IMG/VR virus record: IMGVR_UViG_3300025011_000039
Source of the DNA: an uncultured virus (IMG/VR IMGVR_UViG_3300025011_000039)
Taxonomy: Duplodnaviria > Heunggongvirae > Uroviricota > Caudoviricetes
Direction: 5' to 3' (one strand)
DNA length: 64,000 bases
The notes beneath the pieces are model-generated. The model ran no database searches. It was given only the letters and a program-made list of their open reading frames with translations, and had not been told where the DNA came from. Below are positions 1-10,916 of this stretch, piece by piece. The number at the start of each line of letters is the position of its first letter. Position 1 is the stretch's first letter. Position numbers and translations under genes: made by a program.

Positions 1-31
1 CGAAGGATTATATTAAGAGGGAGGAATACCG

Positions 32-289
32 ATGGCAAAACAATGGCAAAGATTAACTAGGCATCGCTGGGTTGCCGGTGCTACCATCACTGAAAGTTGC
101 TCCGTAAATCAAGACAACATCAGGAGGTTTACGGCAACCATAAGAGGGTGGAGAAATTGGCTTATCTTTGAGGGCGACATAACTAAAATAGACGCACAAC
201 AGATAATGGATAAAGTCATAGAAATAATGGACCGTATTGACAATGGTGATAAGGAAATTTTTAACGAGGACACCAGAATTATTGCATAG
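32..289 (+). CDS. hypothetical protein
   Basis: 85-aa ORF with strong RBS (GAGGGAGG) upstream. Confidence 0.6.
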   Translation: MAKQWQRLTRHRWVAGATITESCSVNQDNIRRFTATIRGWRNWLIFEGDITKIDAQQIMDKVIEIMDRIDNGDKEIFNEDTRIIA

Positions 290-762
290 AGGGAGGGCAA
301 CACAATGACCGTAAACACGCACCACAACCCCATACACGAGAGCAAATCCGAAGCAGGTACAAATACACCCGAGTTAAGCAAATATAGTCTAGCAGTATAT
401 TTTCCCGACTTGCAGGTAGGCAAATGCCTTGTCCCTGCCGGGGTGGATCGGAATGAAGTATGGGGAGTGTCGCCGTTGGATGCCTGTCAATGGATGGCAG
501 AGCATTTCCGGTCGGCGGAGTGGGTGGAGGTGGAAAGATAATGTATTTTGGTTCAGAAAGTTGGGGAAAGTTTGGGTGCTCAGGAAGAACCATGTTGCAT
601 GCTTGCCGCGAATGTTCTCGTTTCCGTCCGATGGCAGTGAGGAAATGTGATAAGCGAAATAACGTAAAGGGTGACACGTTTTCTTGTAAGCACTTTTTGT
701 TCCGAGCGGATAAAGGTTTTCGCTAAAGTTTCCTTCCTCTGCCTCTTATTTTTAGAAAGCTA

Positions 763-786
763 AAAAGCAGGGGTTTTATCCCCTGC
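763..786. terminator. bidirectional intrinsic terminator
   Basis: AGCAGGGG-ttttat-CCCCTGCT hairpin between convergent genes. Confidence 0.6.
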
Positions 787-1224
787 TCACCTCAACAATC
801 CTCTTCTAACCGCCAATGTCGTCCCCTCCTCTAATATCCCCTGCCACCGATTATAAACCGTTCTCACATTTACCCCTAGTTCTTTCGCGATTATCTGTTT
901 AGTAGATTTCCCGCTAACATGTTTTTCATGTGTCCGTTTCAATCTTAGTAGCAATTTATCATCATCACACAAACCTGCTACCAATTCCTCAACCACTTTC
1001 AACCACGTTTCAGTTACCGCCAGCGATGCCAACGCGATCCCCGCACTAGCTGTTTTATTACCGACACTGCTACCGCGAGGCATACCGTCAGCAGGCGGGG
1101 GAGAGTTTTCCAATATCCTCTCCCTGTCCTGTTCGTACTGTAACTTTATCTCAAAATAGTTGATTGAATAGTTAGCAACAATTTGTTTTTCCTGCCTAAA
1201 TGGATCTGCGAGAGGTTTTCTCAT
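787..1224 (-). CDS. ArpU/RinA-like phage late transcriptional regulator
   Basis: PRGSSVGNKTAS motif and C-terminal HTH (IAKELGVNVRTVYNR); last gene of the early/middle operon. Confidence 0.75.
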   Translation of the reverse strand: MRKPLADPFRQEKQIVANYSINYFEIKLQYEQDRERILENSPPPADGMPRGSSVGNKTASAGIALASLAVTETWLKVVEELVAGLCDDDKLLLRLKRTHEKHVSGKSTKQIIAKELGVNVRTVYNRWQGILEEGTTLAVRRGLLR

Positions 1225-2065
1225 TTATTGCCTCCCCTTTTCTTAACTTCCGTAAACTTCGGAGGATCGGGTATACCTACCCACCAATTAGGCACATATA
1301 CCATTTCCCCGTCTACATTTTTATAATTAATCGGAACCTGCTCGCTAATCAGGCGAGGATCGGGGCCGACTACTTTCTTTAGTTTACTATTCAGCATCGT
1401 TCATAAACTCCGCATCATCGCTTCTAGCGATAAACATTAGAGACATGATAAACATCCCGACCATGCATCCAACAAATAGACCGATAGCTAAACCTAAACC
1501 AAACATCAAACTTCAACTCCCTGCCTTTTTCGTTGTCCGGACCATAAATTAGCCCTTGCCCTGCGTAAATGATTGCGGCAAAAACTACTGCCAATATTGC
1601 GGAAATTTGTTCTGTCGGCAAAGTTGTGTTGTCGCCAAAGCGGTAAATGTATTTCTATCGGGCAACCGTAAACCAAGTACAGAGTTTCAATAACGATACT
1701 GTCCAACCTCAAACCCCCTTAATTAAGTAAGGTCTAACCGCCCTCAAAACTAGATACTGCGGTATGTGCGGCAATTTCTCCCACAGATAATTCATCCTTG
1801 AAGAATTATCCTTCATTCCGGCCAACTTGTCCCGGTTAAGTTCGCAAAAGTTTATAAACTCGTCGGTTAATTGGTGTTCTTTGTCTGCCGTTAATCTCAT
1901 TTCCCTATGCCGGATACTGACATAAACAGGTAGTAAATAATAGGAGCAATAACGATGAAACCAGCTACTCTATGCTTTTTATCATCATCAATTAAACATT
2001 CCTGCACAATACTAGCAATCATAACTAACAGAGAATACCATCCCAATATCTTAAATAGCAAAACA

Positions 2066-2599
2066 TCAATCTCCCTTCTTCTTCCGCTTCTTCTTGACCT
2101 CCGACTTGCCATGCAGAGCGTCAATAACTTCCTGTTGATATGCCGTCAGACCGTCCGTATTGCCCATATAAGCTAGTCCAATATGCACAAGTACCGCCGC
2201 ATCCGTTTCGTCGTTTGTACGGCACTCTATGCCCCATTTTTTGTACGCCGCAACTGCTATTTCTTCCTTGCTTGCGTTAGCCTTTCCGGTTGCGAATTTC
2301 TTTAACTGCATAGTCCCAACAATTAGCAATTTCTTATTCATTTCTTTAATTAGGACTCTTAATACGCCGCCCAGTTCTCCTATTTGGTGCGCTTGATTAG
2401 TTCTTGAAAAGGCATAATCTTCTAAAACAACTAAGTCGGCAAAGATGATGTTTTCTCTTATTTCTTCCCTTATTTCAATAAGTCTATCTACGCCTTTTAA
2501 CTTACTTTCTATGCGCTCTGTAGCAGTTTTTAGGTTAAATCCGTTACTTACCGCTAACCCTGTACCTGTCAGGGACGCATCAATGCCCACGACTTTCAT
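2066..2599 (-). CDS. RuvC-like Holliday junction resolvase
   Basis: VVGIDASLTGTG, VLEDY, LKKFATGKANASKEE and NDETDAA motifs. Confidence 0.85.
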   Translation of the reverse strand: MKVVGIDASLTGTGLAVSNGFNLKTATERIESKLKGVDRLIEIREEIRENIIFADLVVLEDYAFSRTNQAHQIGELGGVLRVLIKEMNKKLLIVGTMQLKKFATGKANASKEEIAVAAYKKWGIECRTNDETDAAVLVHIGLAYMGNTDGLTAYQQEVIDALHGKSEVKKKRKKKGD

Positions 2600-3543
2600 T
2601 TCTTTTCCTCCAAATGTCCATACGTTTTTCTATCCAACCACCATTGTTCTTTATATAGAAAGCAGTTTTTCTTAACATAGTCCATAACGTCAGTAATGGT
2701 TAGTTTGTCCAGCACTTGGCCGTTTTCTTGACTAGACATTATTTGCCTCATTAAGCAGTCTTTCAAAATGCTCAACACAATCATTAATACAATTAGCATT
2801 TTTATCTATATCTAATACGCAAAAATCCCAATCAGCTAATTTCTCGGCAATTCTCCTGCGTTCTTCCTTCGCCCCATCCTGCCGAATCTTCTCGACAAGT
2901 GCGGATAATTCTTCTTTGTACTCGCTCATTTAACACCCTCCAATGTCCACAAATCCTTCATATTTCCACTTAGGATGATCCATGTTCGGCCTAAAATGTC
3001 TGCAAGGTTTAAACCTGCCGTTCTTGTGCAGGCAGTTTTTGCTTAGTACCCGCATCCACCCCATTTTGCCGGGGTGAAGTTTTGAGAGACACCACCCGCA
3101 ATGAGGTTGCTTTTTCTTTCGTCTGCGCTTTTTCATCCAAACATCAGCCAATCCCGAAGTCCGACAGGAAAGCGTTTGCGTTCTTTTGTTTTTATCTCTA
3201 TCTCTGGAGCATTTAAGTCAGATTCTTTTAAGCTTCTCATACCGTTTACATTTCTCCATCTGCGGATACTGTTTTTACTTCTGACAAATCCGGCGGCACG
3301 GTAAATTTTATATATATCCTTAATTGGCAAATGGAGACTAGCTATTCGCTTTTCCTCGTCGCTCCATGCCCTACTCATGATATCAACTCCCTTTTTCTGT
3401 TCTACCTCCCATTAACTGCACCATAACAATCTTAGTAGTAAGCGCATAGTCGGCATAACATTTCACGCATTTAACTGTCGTGGTGCCTGCGCTATATACA
3501 TTTGACCAATTTTCCTGACCGCACCCACATTTCCATTTTGCGA

Positions 3544-3849
3544 TCATTCAAGATACCCTCGCTCAATCATCTTACGCCAATGCATTTCTTCGGCAACATC
3601 GTAGAAAATGCAAAGATTAAATACTAACTCTACCGCTGCCTGCGCCACGTCCATTGCTTCTTCAATCACCTTATTTCTTATATCAGCAGGAACGTCTTTG
3701 CGCTTTCCTGTTTCTCCGGTCAATTGCCCCAATCTCTCCGACAACTCGCCCATTTCCTCGGAAATTTGCATAAACTGAGATATAGGAGATTTATATAAAC
3801 CTTCTCGAAGTTTCGGCAGTTTTATGGTTTTTGTTTTGCCATTAATCAT
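3544..3849 (-). CDS. MazG-like nucleotide pyrophosphohydrolase
   Basis: EEMGEL...EEAMDVAQAA acidic MazG motif; start placed at ATG 3849. Confidence 0.7.
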   Translation of the reverse strand: MINGKTKTIKLPKLREGLYKSPISQFMQISEEMGELSERLGQLTGETGKRKDVPADIRNKVIEEAMDVAQAAVELVFNLCIFYDVAEEMHWRKMIERGYLE

Positions 3850-4442
3850 CAACAAGTTACCTCCGGCCCAGAAATTTCTAACACAGCATCTTCCGATACA
3901 TAATGGCAAAATCCATATTTGCGGCAATAACTACTTACTTGCGGATGAAACTGACAGCCGTTTGGATGATTAGCTCTCTGATTAGCGCATCCCTCACATC
4001 CCTCATGTTTCTCGTTGGCTGAATGGTGGCAATAGTCATGCTCTATACAGTAGTCTTTCGTATACCATCCAAGGCCAAAATCACAACCTTTCGGCGTGCT
4101 ATTGGTGCAATTTTGGCAATCTTTAAGTAAAGACTTGCTCTGATCCCAAAAGCAGTAGTCACTTTCTATGCAGATTTTTTGTTTTTCAGGATAATAAATA
4201 CATTTACCGCTTATTTCAAAACGGTTAATACAACTATTGCACGATTTACCAATTACCAACTTCCTAAGTTCGTCCTCCAACCAAAACGAGTAGTTCAGTC
4301 CATCCAACATCTCCTGCCTGAAATGCTCCAACCGCTTAAAAATATCGTCGGTGTTTTGCTCTAGGACGGTTCCGTATTTATCCATGCCCTTTCGTGTTTG
4401 CGCTTCATGCAAGGCAATTATCCTGCTTCGGTAGTTATCCAT
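3849..4442 (-). CDS. all-alpha NTP-pyrophosphatase-like N-terminal domain followed by three Cys-rich repeats
   Basis: KGMDKYG...QEMLDGLNY N-terminus; three CxxCxN...C...C...YC/FC units. Confidence 0.45.
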   Translation of the reverse strand: MDNYRSRIIALHEAQTRKGMDKYGTVLEQNTDDIFKRLEHFRQEMLDGLNYSFWLEDELRKLVIGKSCNSCINRFEISGKCIYYPEKQKICIESDYCFWDQSKSLLKDCQNCTNSTPKGCDFGLGWYTKDYCIEHDYCHHSANEKHEGCEGCANQRANHPNGCQFHPQVSSYCRKYGFCHYVSEDAVLEISGPEVTC

Positions 4443-4915
4443 TATTCAATCGCTCCTTCGTCGGGATTTTCCTTAATAATCGGGTCCGATTCTTGGTATC
4501 TCTCAACCTCAACGCCGCCCCGCCTAAGCACGTCAAGACCATTGCCGGGGTAGTCGTCCTTATAAACAACCTTCTTAATTCCGGTGCCTACAATTATGTG
4601 AGCGCAGATATTACACGGTGGACATGTAACATATAGCGTTGCTCCGGTAGTAGTTTTAGTAAACCTTAGTGCCTGAATAATTACTGAAACCTCAGCATGG
4701 ATTATCCTGCACAATTCTAACCTCTCGCCGCTCGGTATACCCATTTTTCGGCGTAGGCATTGACCGTCTTTCTTGCAACTTTCAGGATTATTTACCGAAG
4801 TATTTGCCATTTCAAAAAGGAAGTTTTCTCCCACTAAAACTGCCCCGACCTGTCGCGATAGGCAGTCTGATTTTTTGGCTACTTCATCTGCCATTTTCAT
4901 AAACATAAAACTCAT
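4442..4915 (-). CDS. dCMP deaminase (ComEB-like)
   Basis: CLSRQVGAVLV, HAE and PCxxC zinc motifs. Confidence 0.9.
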   Translation of the reverse strand: MSFMFMKMADEVAKKSDCLSRQVGAVLVGENFLFEMANTSVNNPESCKKDGQCLRRKMGIPSGERLELCRIIHAEVSVIIQALRFTKTTTGATLYVTCPPCNICAHIIVGTGIKKVVYKDDYPGNGLDVLRRGGVEVERYQESDPIIKENPDEGAIE

Positions 4916-5566
4916 TCAGTTAACCTCCTGCACAATACCGGCATAATTATTACATCTCTTACCCTCTGGACAATGCTTCAGCCAATAACACTTAGGTTGT
5001 AGATAACTTGCCAACTTCGGAGAAACTTCGGAAACCATTTTCTTGATTTCTACAACAAGTTCCCTGATCTCCCATTGCGCCCTGCCACATAGACGTTCAC
5101 GGCATAAGTCAATTAAGGCATGATAGTTAATTGACATACTAATTGTCGTAGTACATGCGTTAGGTAAAATAAAACGGGCATCTTCTTCGGGTATATCATT
5201 TTCAATAAAATCATTATAGGTATTGGCAATTTTAGCTATTAAATCGCCGTATTTATTAAGTAATGAAAAATTACTCCTTATACTTTCAGGAACAATGCTG
5301 GTGAATCCGTTTTCATAGTTTACATACCTCTGACTCTCCACCGCAAACGCTACACCTGACCGCTTACGAGTCAACTGAGCCATTAACGACCTACTCACAC
5401 CTTCGATGCGGAAATTAAATACGGCAAACTCTGTAGGAGTTAAATGACCTGCCTTAATAATATGATCCAATATTCCTTCTCTCGGTACAGATTTCCAGCA
5501 CGTTGCCGCAGCTTCAATAATTACCTGTTCTGGGTTAGGAATGTAACTTGTTAGTAAAACTTTCAC
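4916..5566 (-). CDS. thyX: FAD-dependent thymidylate synthase
   Basis: GHLTPTEF, GVSRSLMAQLTR.R...SQRY, EDARFILPNA and RLCGRAQWEIR motifs. Confidence 0.93.
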   Translation of the reverse strand: MKVLLTSYIPNPEQVIIEAAATCWKSVPREGILDHIIKAGHLTPTEFAVFNFRIEGVSRSLMAQLTRKRSGVAFAVESQRYVNYENGFTSIVPESIRSNFSLLNKYGDLIAKIANTYNDFIENDIPEEDARFILPNACTTTISMSINYHALIDLCRERLCGRAQWEIRELVVEIKKMVSEVSPKLASYLQPKCYWLKHCPEGKRCNNYAGIVQEVN

Positions 5567-5670
5567 TTACTTATCCCCCTTCTTCTTAGGCAAATTAACT
5601 TTGGCCGCACTCTTAAACTCGCTATATAGTGCCTGCCTATCCTGCTTTGGCCTACTAATTTTGCGCCCCA

Positions 5671-5862
5671 TTATTCCAACCTCTCAAATCTTTTCCGAAG
5701 TCTAAAGCCACGGCAAACATAATCGGTAAATTCTTCTAAACTTCTCTCGTACACTTCACCAGTATTCCAACTACGATATTTCACGATGTCATTTATGACT
5801 GAAACAATATCGTACAGACCACCTTTGAAATGGATGTATACTTCTCCTGGTTTTGGTGTCAT
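5671..5862 (-). CDS. DUF1653-like protein
   Basis: YIHFKGGLY...VKYRS...YERSLEEF pattern. Confidence 0.7.
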   Translation of the reverse strand: MTPKPGEVYIHFKGGLYDIVSVINDIVKYRSWNTGEVYERSLEEFTDYVCRGFRLRKRFERLE

Positions 5863-5888
5863 AGTGCCTCCTACTTTAAGTAATATTA

Positions 5889-5902
5889 TACCGCAAACGG
5901 TA
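5889..5902. promoter_or_regulatory. putative repressor operator (TACC-N6-GGTA) abutting a minus-strand -10 box upstream of the DUF1653/thyX operon
   Basis: TACCGCAAACGGTA next to TATAAT (minus strand, 5885-5890). Confidence 0.5.
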
Positions 5903-6866
5903 GGTTATTTCCTGCCAATCCACCGACAAAACCTTCTCCATGCGGTGTTTTCGAGTTTATCAACCTTGGCAGCTAGTCCGACGATAATTTCCTGCGCATC
6001 GTCCAAGTTCTTACTCAGCAATTTAATCTGGTAATCGAAGTTACTACGCTTTAGTGCTTCCATGTCACCAATTAAATCTTTAAGTATAACGCTATAACCG
6101 TCTAATGTTCGGCATAAATCAGAACTCGAAACAATCTGCCTACAGATAATTCTAAGTAATATTTCATTCTTACGCTCTAGCCCTCTAAGTCTCGCCCCTG
6201 TTCTCCCCACCCCTTACCACCTCCAAATTTTTGGGAAAGTAAAAACTGTAGTTATTTATGCCGAAATACACATAGCACAAACCGTTTTTGTATATCGACC
6301 TCACCTCTCCCTCTTTGTTTTTATTACGCCCCCGGAGAGGTTTTACTTTATCGTTAATATTAATCATAGACATTCACCTTTACCGCTATTACGCCAAACC
6401 ATAACACCTGCTATTGCGCTAACTTGCACTATCGGGTTAGCAAAACTTTCTTCCATGCTCCAGGGTTTATCCGGCGGTCTAATATTTCCTTCTAATTTCT
6501 GCCTACTAAAGAGATTCACAAATCTATTGTCCTTTCCTCTCTGCACATAAGATGTTGGTCCTTCGTATTTGTCTGGTGCGACAAGGTGTCTAGCACCCTT
6601 ACTGGCCCTCGATATGCCGTGCTTTTTCATATATACGCCAAGTTGTTGCTCGGACATTAGTAAATTTACTCCAATATCGGAGCATGATGCTTTACTTCCC
6701 CATTGCTTCATGTATGCAATTTCTTCCTTAAGCAAAACTCTTGCCTGTGGTGGCATCTTAAAACCCCCTCCCATGCCCCATTAACGACAGCAGGTACAAA
6801 ACTATTCCTGCAATATTAAGTCGCCTGTGCGGGGCTAATTTTGCGGTTATTTTTTAATCTAATTAA

Positions 6867-7193
6867 CTAACTATCCTGCATTTTCAAGTGCTCGGCAACT
6901 GTCGCTAGAAATCTACTTACGATAGGCGGTTTAGTTATGTTCCCGTGAAACATTTCGGCATATTCTACCGTTCCGTTTTCCTGAGTTTTCTTAATAGCAT
7001 GACGGATACATCTTTCAACTCTCTTGCCGGTTGTGCTGAATTTTTCGCCTACTTTGTCGTAGGTTTCGCACCAACGGTACGCGGAGTTCGGAGTATTCAT
7101 AGTTAGCAGAATTGCTTCTCTTGCGTATAGATAACCGGATGTTTCCGGTGGTACCCCTAGAGCCAAAAGTAATTTTGTGGTTTTGTTTTGCAT
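6867..7193 (-). CDS. Spo0A C-terminal DNA-binding domain protein (no receiver domain)
   Basis: LGVP..TSGYLYAREAI...YDKVGEKFSTTGKRVERCIRHAI...FLATVAEHL parallels the Spo0A effector domain. Confidence 0.9.
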   Translation of the reverse strand: MQNKTTKLLLALGVPPETSGYLYAREAILLTMNTPNSAYRWCETYDKVGEKFSTTGKRVERCIRHAIKKTQENGTVEYAEMFHGNITKPPIVSRFLATVAEHLKMQDS

Positions 7194-7558
7194 TGGAGAT
7201 CTCCTTTCATTAATCAATTAAATACCTCCACCGCTGCCACGCAATACCCCGGCGACATTCCGTCCCTATAGTCGTGCAGCAAAACTCCCCTGCGATCCCG
7301 GAACATATTCCGGTACTTCTCGTCGTACCATTTCCGGTTGCCGTCATTGGGCAGGTCAACGATGATTTTCAGCTTAGGTTGTCTATGACGTTTCTGTTTG
7401 GGCATTTGTGGTGTCCTCCTTCTTCTTCCTTCCAAACTCAACAGTTACCTTGCCGCCCCTAATGCCTATTATAATAAAGACAATCCACGGCAAGCAGGTT
7501 AAACATACGGTTGTATAAAGCAATGCCTTGTCAAATAATTCTAGCAATACATAACCTC

Positions 7559-7966
7559 CTACAAATAATAGTTTTCGATAATGTACTGAACGGCATTTTC
7601 CAAATCCTCGAAGTGCCGCGTAATCCTGCCCCTGATATGCGGATGATTGATGATGTTGTAGGCAGTACCCCATGCAATAACTGGTTTACCCTGCCTTCTC
7701 GCTTCCACAATCTCGCAAATTGTACCGATAGAGATATTATCATAATCCAGCTCAGCAAGAATGATATCGCTGTGACTAATCTGAAAGTCGTTACTGTGGA
7801 TAATTTCGCTATCGGATACATTGGTTCCGAAGTCGGTATTTACCGGATTAAGTATGTTAAAACCTGCTTCAATTAGGTCTTCCGCTGCCTTTTCTCTCCA
7901 TTCGGACATTTCTTCTTTGCTCAGTCCGGACATTTTTCCGGCTAAATATACTGTTGGTCTAGGCAT
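7559..7966 (-). CDS. nucleoside 2-deoxyribosyltransferase-like protein
   Basis: VYLAGKM, ILNP, D..ISHSDIILAE, SIGTICE and GKPVI motifs; RBS before ATG 7966. Confidence 0.85.
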   Translation of the reverse strand: MPRPTVYLAGKMSGLSKEEMSEWREKAAEDLIEAGFNILNPVNTDFGTNVSDSEIIHSNDFQISHSDIILAELDYDNISIGTICEIVEARRQGKPVIAWGTAYNIINHPHIRGRITRHFEDLENAVQYIIENYYL

Positions 7967-8363
7967 TGTTTTCCTCCTTCCTTCTAACAACTTCCAAAAT
8001 TTCTTTCCAGCCAATACTGTCACTCAGAATTCCCTTAAAATATTCGTTCTTCTCTCCAAACTCACGGTACAAAGCGACTTTACCATCATCACCCTTACCG
8101 TATCTCGGCATATTCGGGCAAGGTAATCCTTCCTGAGTGCCTTGTAAGCGGCAAATTAGCGGCCTGTGTTCATGTATCGCACACTTATTATAAAAAGTGT
8201 CGCGGAAAATGCAGGTCATACTATCCCTTTTCTGTTTCATAAGATGTTCAATGTTGGCAAAGTTCATATTTCCTGCTGCTGTTACAATCTTATCCCAGTC
8301 CGTATTTGAGATTGGGACGACAGTGCAACACTGACCGCAGTTAATGCAGATAAATTCACTCAC
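7959..8363 (-). CDS. YkgJ-family cysteine-cluster protein
   Basis: CINCGQCC...CIF...CAIHEHRPLICR. Confidence 0.85.
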   Translation of the reverse strand: MSEFICINCGQCCTVVPISNTDWDKIVTAAGNMNFANIEHLMKQKRDSMTCIFRDTFYNKCAIHEHRPLICRLQGTQEGLPCPNMPRYGKGDDGKVALYREFGEKNEYFKGILSDSIGWKEILEVVRRKEENNA

Positions 8364-8767
8364 TTATTTACCTCCTCATACATTTTCTTCACCATTTCCA
8401 AAAACTTCTCGGCATTTTTCAACCGGCGGCGTAAGTCGCTAACTAACTTTTTAGCTTCTCCGAGAGGATACTTCTTGGCACCGCAAAGAGACATTCCAGA
8501 ACCCACGTAATAACCCCTAGCATCTATACCTTTCTTAACCGGTTGACATGTAGCAATGCTATGTTCAGCAATTAATTCTGCCGTTATACCCATTTCATCA
8601 GGTCTTATGGGATACATAACCCTTTTGGGGTTATTAATATATCCCATTACAATTATGTCTCCCTGCTTAAATCTCTCCCCTAGCGGCACAAAACAATTTT
8701 TCGCCTCTTCCGGTGTGCTGTATTCTTTATCACATACCGGACAATGATATTTAACTACTGGTTCCAT
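8360..8767 (-). CDS. hypothetical protein with N-terminal zinc finger
   Basis: CPVC...EEAKNC; RBS present. Confidence 0.55.
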   Translation of the reverse strand: MEPVVKYHCPVCDKEYSTPEEAKNCFVPLGERFKQGDIIVMGYINNPKRVMYPIRPDEMGITAELIAEHSIATCQPVKKGIDARGYYVGSGMSLCGAKKYPLGEAKKLVSDLRRRLKNAEKFLEMVKKMYEEVNK

Positions 8768-8925
8768 AACAATCCTCCTACTTAAAAATAATCCAGCATA
8801 TCACTACAAGCGCAGCAAATCCAGCTATAGACTTTATCAAATCTAATAAATTCGGCCCTATTTCCAACATAGCAATCCTCCTATATTCAGAATATTCCTA
8901 CCGCTTACGGTTGGTCGGGGCGTGG

Positions 8926-10674
8926 TTATGCCTCGGTTGCGAATAATTGTTCTACTTCGGCAATTGTTGGTTCGTCCCAACCAAACTGTTTCGGACTTTC
9001 TCCAAACATGCAAAATCTCTTACACTCTGGTATAAAATTAAGTCCTACCGAAACGTCCTGAGTTCCGCTAAAACGGTTCTTATCTATGTTTATAACTGTA
9101 TCAACGCCCAAATCTGATTTATCCTTGTCGCTTAACCGATTAACTATGAAAATATTATCCGCTCTGTTTTCTGTGTCTGCTGTACCAGATACGGAATTAT
9201 CAGATTTTCTTGGATGCGCTACAAGGTGAATATGTGCATCGTACTTTTGAGCAAAGACAATTAACTTTTTCACGAATTCAGATTGCTTGCGGTAAAAGTC
9301 CCTATCCTCGCTCGTAAATTCTGTAGTCATAAGGTTATCTATCGAAAATACCTTACAACCGTATCTCATTGCCGCATATTCAAAAGTTTCAATAAGGCTT
9401 TTATCTGTAACTGAACCATAACTATCAATCAGGAAGAAGTAGTCTTTATACCATTCTCTTATTTTACTTGCAACTTCTTTTTTAGGGTGTGCTACCTCTT
9501 TGTTTTTTATCTTGTCAAATTTCATTTCCATATTACCGGGTCCGGCAGCTTGCAAGTCAATCCAATAACGAAAAATAGCCTGCTTTAATTCTCCTGAGTA
9601 TGAGCAAACAACAAATCTATTATTTATCGCTTCTAACAGGACTTGTCCCAATACGGTAGATTTACCGCCACCACGCTTGCCGGTCCATATACTTACTTCT
9701 CCAGTCATAAAACCGCCTATTGCTTCGTCAATACCTCTTATCCCCGAAGGTATCCTGGTAGTATTGGAGTAGTCAAACATTGCAATTTCCGAAACCCTAA
9801 CAAGTCCGGTTATTGGAACTTCAACCGCTTTCCTGAAATAACTTCTCAACGCTTCCGGTCCTTCGTAAAATAAAACCTCATTTGCATCTTTACGCCCTAC
9901 ATGGTCAACTATACTACAACGCCAAGCACCTAGTCGATTAATTAGATTACGTTGCAACTCCTGCCCCGGTTCGTCTTTATCTACCCATATTACAACTTTC
10001 TTAAATTGACTCAACCAGTCCCAACACAGGTCAACGCAGTTTAAGTCGTTCGATCCTGACGGAACGCTTACTACATTCGGTATACCTGCCTCATCTAGCG
10101 AAAGTGCATCAATTTCACCCTCAACTATAACCAGCGGTTTTTCGGTATTACACAAATCCATGCCCCAAAATACAGGTTTACCGCCAGTCTCACGCCAACC
10201 CTTCTTTTCGTCCGGTTTAACTTTGTGACTGGGGCGAAACTTTACCAGTACCAATTTGCCGCCTTCAAAATAAGGGAAAACAATATTGCCCTTGGCATCT
10301 TCCCCTACCCCACGACTTTCCCATGTTGCCTTAGATATTTTTCTGCTCTTTAAATACTTCTCTGCCTGGCTAATCGGTACTATCTCAGTTTCCGGTATTT
10401 TGTAGTTTACTCTTGGCCTTTGCTTAATCTCATAGTTTTTTTGGTTCACTGTTTTTTCCCCAAATTCTTTGAGTAGTTGATTAAATGTACCACTAGATGC
10501 ACAACTACCACGCTTACAGTTAAATGTACCAGTTTCAGCGTTCATGGCAAATGTATGCTTATCGTGACTTTTTCCGCCTTGACAAAATGGGCAATATGTT
10601 GGTACTATCTCATTTCCCTTTATCCGGTAATCCCTAAAATATTTTTCCGCAAAATCAGTAGGTGTCATTTTCAT
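8926..10674 (-). CDS. T7 gp4/Twinkle-like primase-helicase
   Basis: N-terminal Zn finger (CPFC), TOPRIM (VEGEIDALS, DKDEPG, KDANE), Walker A GKRGGGKST, HLVAHPRK and KNRF. Confidence 0.9.
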   Translation of the reverse strand: MKMTPTDFAEKYFRDYRIKGNEIVPTYCPFCQGGKSHDKHTFAMNAETGTFNCKRGSCASSGTFNQLLKEFGEKTVNQKNYEIKQRPRVNYKIPETEIVPISQAEKYLKSRKISKATWESRGVGEDAKGNIVFPYFEGGKLVLVKFRPSHKVKPDEKKGWRETGGKPVFWGMDLCNTEKPLVIVEGEIDALSLDEAGIPNVVSVPSGSNDLNCVDLCWDWLSQFKKVVIWVDKDEPGQELQRNLINRLGAWRCSIVDHVGRKDANEVLFYEGPEALRSYFRKAVEVPITGLVRVSEIAMFDYSNTTRIPSGIRGIDEAIGGFMTGEVSIWTGKRGGGKSTVLGQVLLEAINNRFVVCSYSGELKQAIFRYWIDLQAAGPGNMEMKFDKIKNKEVAHPKKEVASKIREWYKDYFFLIDSYGSVTDKSLIETFEYAAMRYGCKVFSIDNLMTTEFTSEDRDFYRKQSEFVKKLIVFAQKYDAHIHLVAHPRKSDNSVSGTADTENRADNIFIVNRLSDKDKSDLGVDTVINIDKNRFSGTQDVSVGLNFIPECKRFCMFGESPKQFGWDEPTIAEVEQLFATEA

Positions 10675-10916
10675 ACAACAAATTTTCTGCCGCCTAACAA
10701 CCTTTCTTTTGCAGATAATTGTTCTCCCTTAATATCATGGATAGTAGGTTGATAGTTGCTTCTTGAAATGTGTTTTTTGAGATTAGTCTTAATGTCATCA
10801 AATGACATTTCTTCTAAATTCTCATGCCACCAATTAATTTTACCCGGTTCAACCTCAAAGTTCGGATATGACCAAAGGATCATTTTCATCAATTCAATAG
10901 TTTCGTTTTTTGTCAT
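10671..10916 (-). CDS. replicative helicase loader/inhibitor (SPP1 G39P-like)
   Basis: MTKNET..LM..I...YPNF...W...L...PTIHDI; lies between the initiator and the helicase. Confidence 0.7.
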   Translation of the reverse strand: MTKNETIELMKMILWSYPNFEVEPGKINWWHENLEEMSFDDIKTNLKKHISRSNYQPTIHDIKGEQLSAKERLLGGRKFVV

